DNA of 26,143 bases, from the IMG/VR virus record IMGVR_UViG_3300020043_000588, positions 1 through 26,143 of that record; one strand, given 5' to 3'. Of the stretch, positions 26,142-26,143 are shown piece by piece. This DNA is from a virus (taxonomy: Duplodnaviria > Caudoviricetes). The first letter of the stretch is position 1; each line of letters starts with the position of its first letter. The notes under the pieces were generated by a model. The model was not told the DNA's origin, searched no databases, and worked only from the letters and a program-made list of their open reading frames with translations. A program made the translations under genes and the position numbers.

Positions 26142-26143
26142 GG

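Overview
A 26 kb segment of a tailed dsDNA phage (Caudoviricetes) with podovirus-like gene order. The + strand (1-2355) carries the 3' part of a DUF927-type primase/helicase and a small basic gene. The rest is one densely packed, translationally coupled minus-strand virion operon. In transcription order it encodes head-tail adaptor/neck-like proteins, small basic proteins, two paralogous structural proteins, a repeat protein, a free-standing GIY-YIG endonuclease, a tail fibre with an S74 chaperone, a lysis cassette (membrane proteins, 3TM holin, peptidase M15 endolysin), a tail nozzle-like protein, a C1q-like protein, three large putative ejection proteins and a 1881-aa polyvalent protein (HExxH metallopeptidase + LPD38-like). 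The most notable signals are hidden layers in the ejection-protein module. (1) A complete -1 programmed frameshift cassette (internal SD, C_CCA_AAG, cUUCGg hairpin) at the stop of the 803-aa protein would append a 200-aa Gly-zipper/polyproline (P14, P19) tail. (2) A 77-aa gene with a perfect TAAGGAGG RBS is nested out of frame inside the polyvalent protein. (3) A recurrent [FYA]xxGG motif is shared by the ejection proteins. (4) Outside that module, an unannotated 34-aa Cys/His microprotein has its stop codon inside a predicted H-type pseudoknot abutting the next RBS. All family assignments come from motif recognition by eye; no database searches were run.
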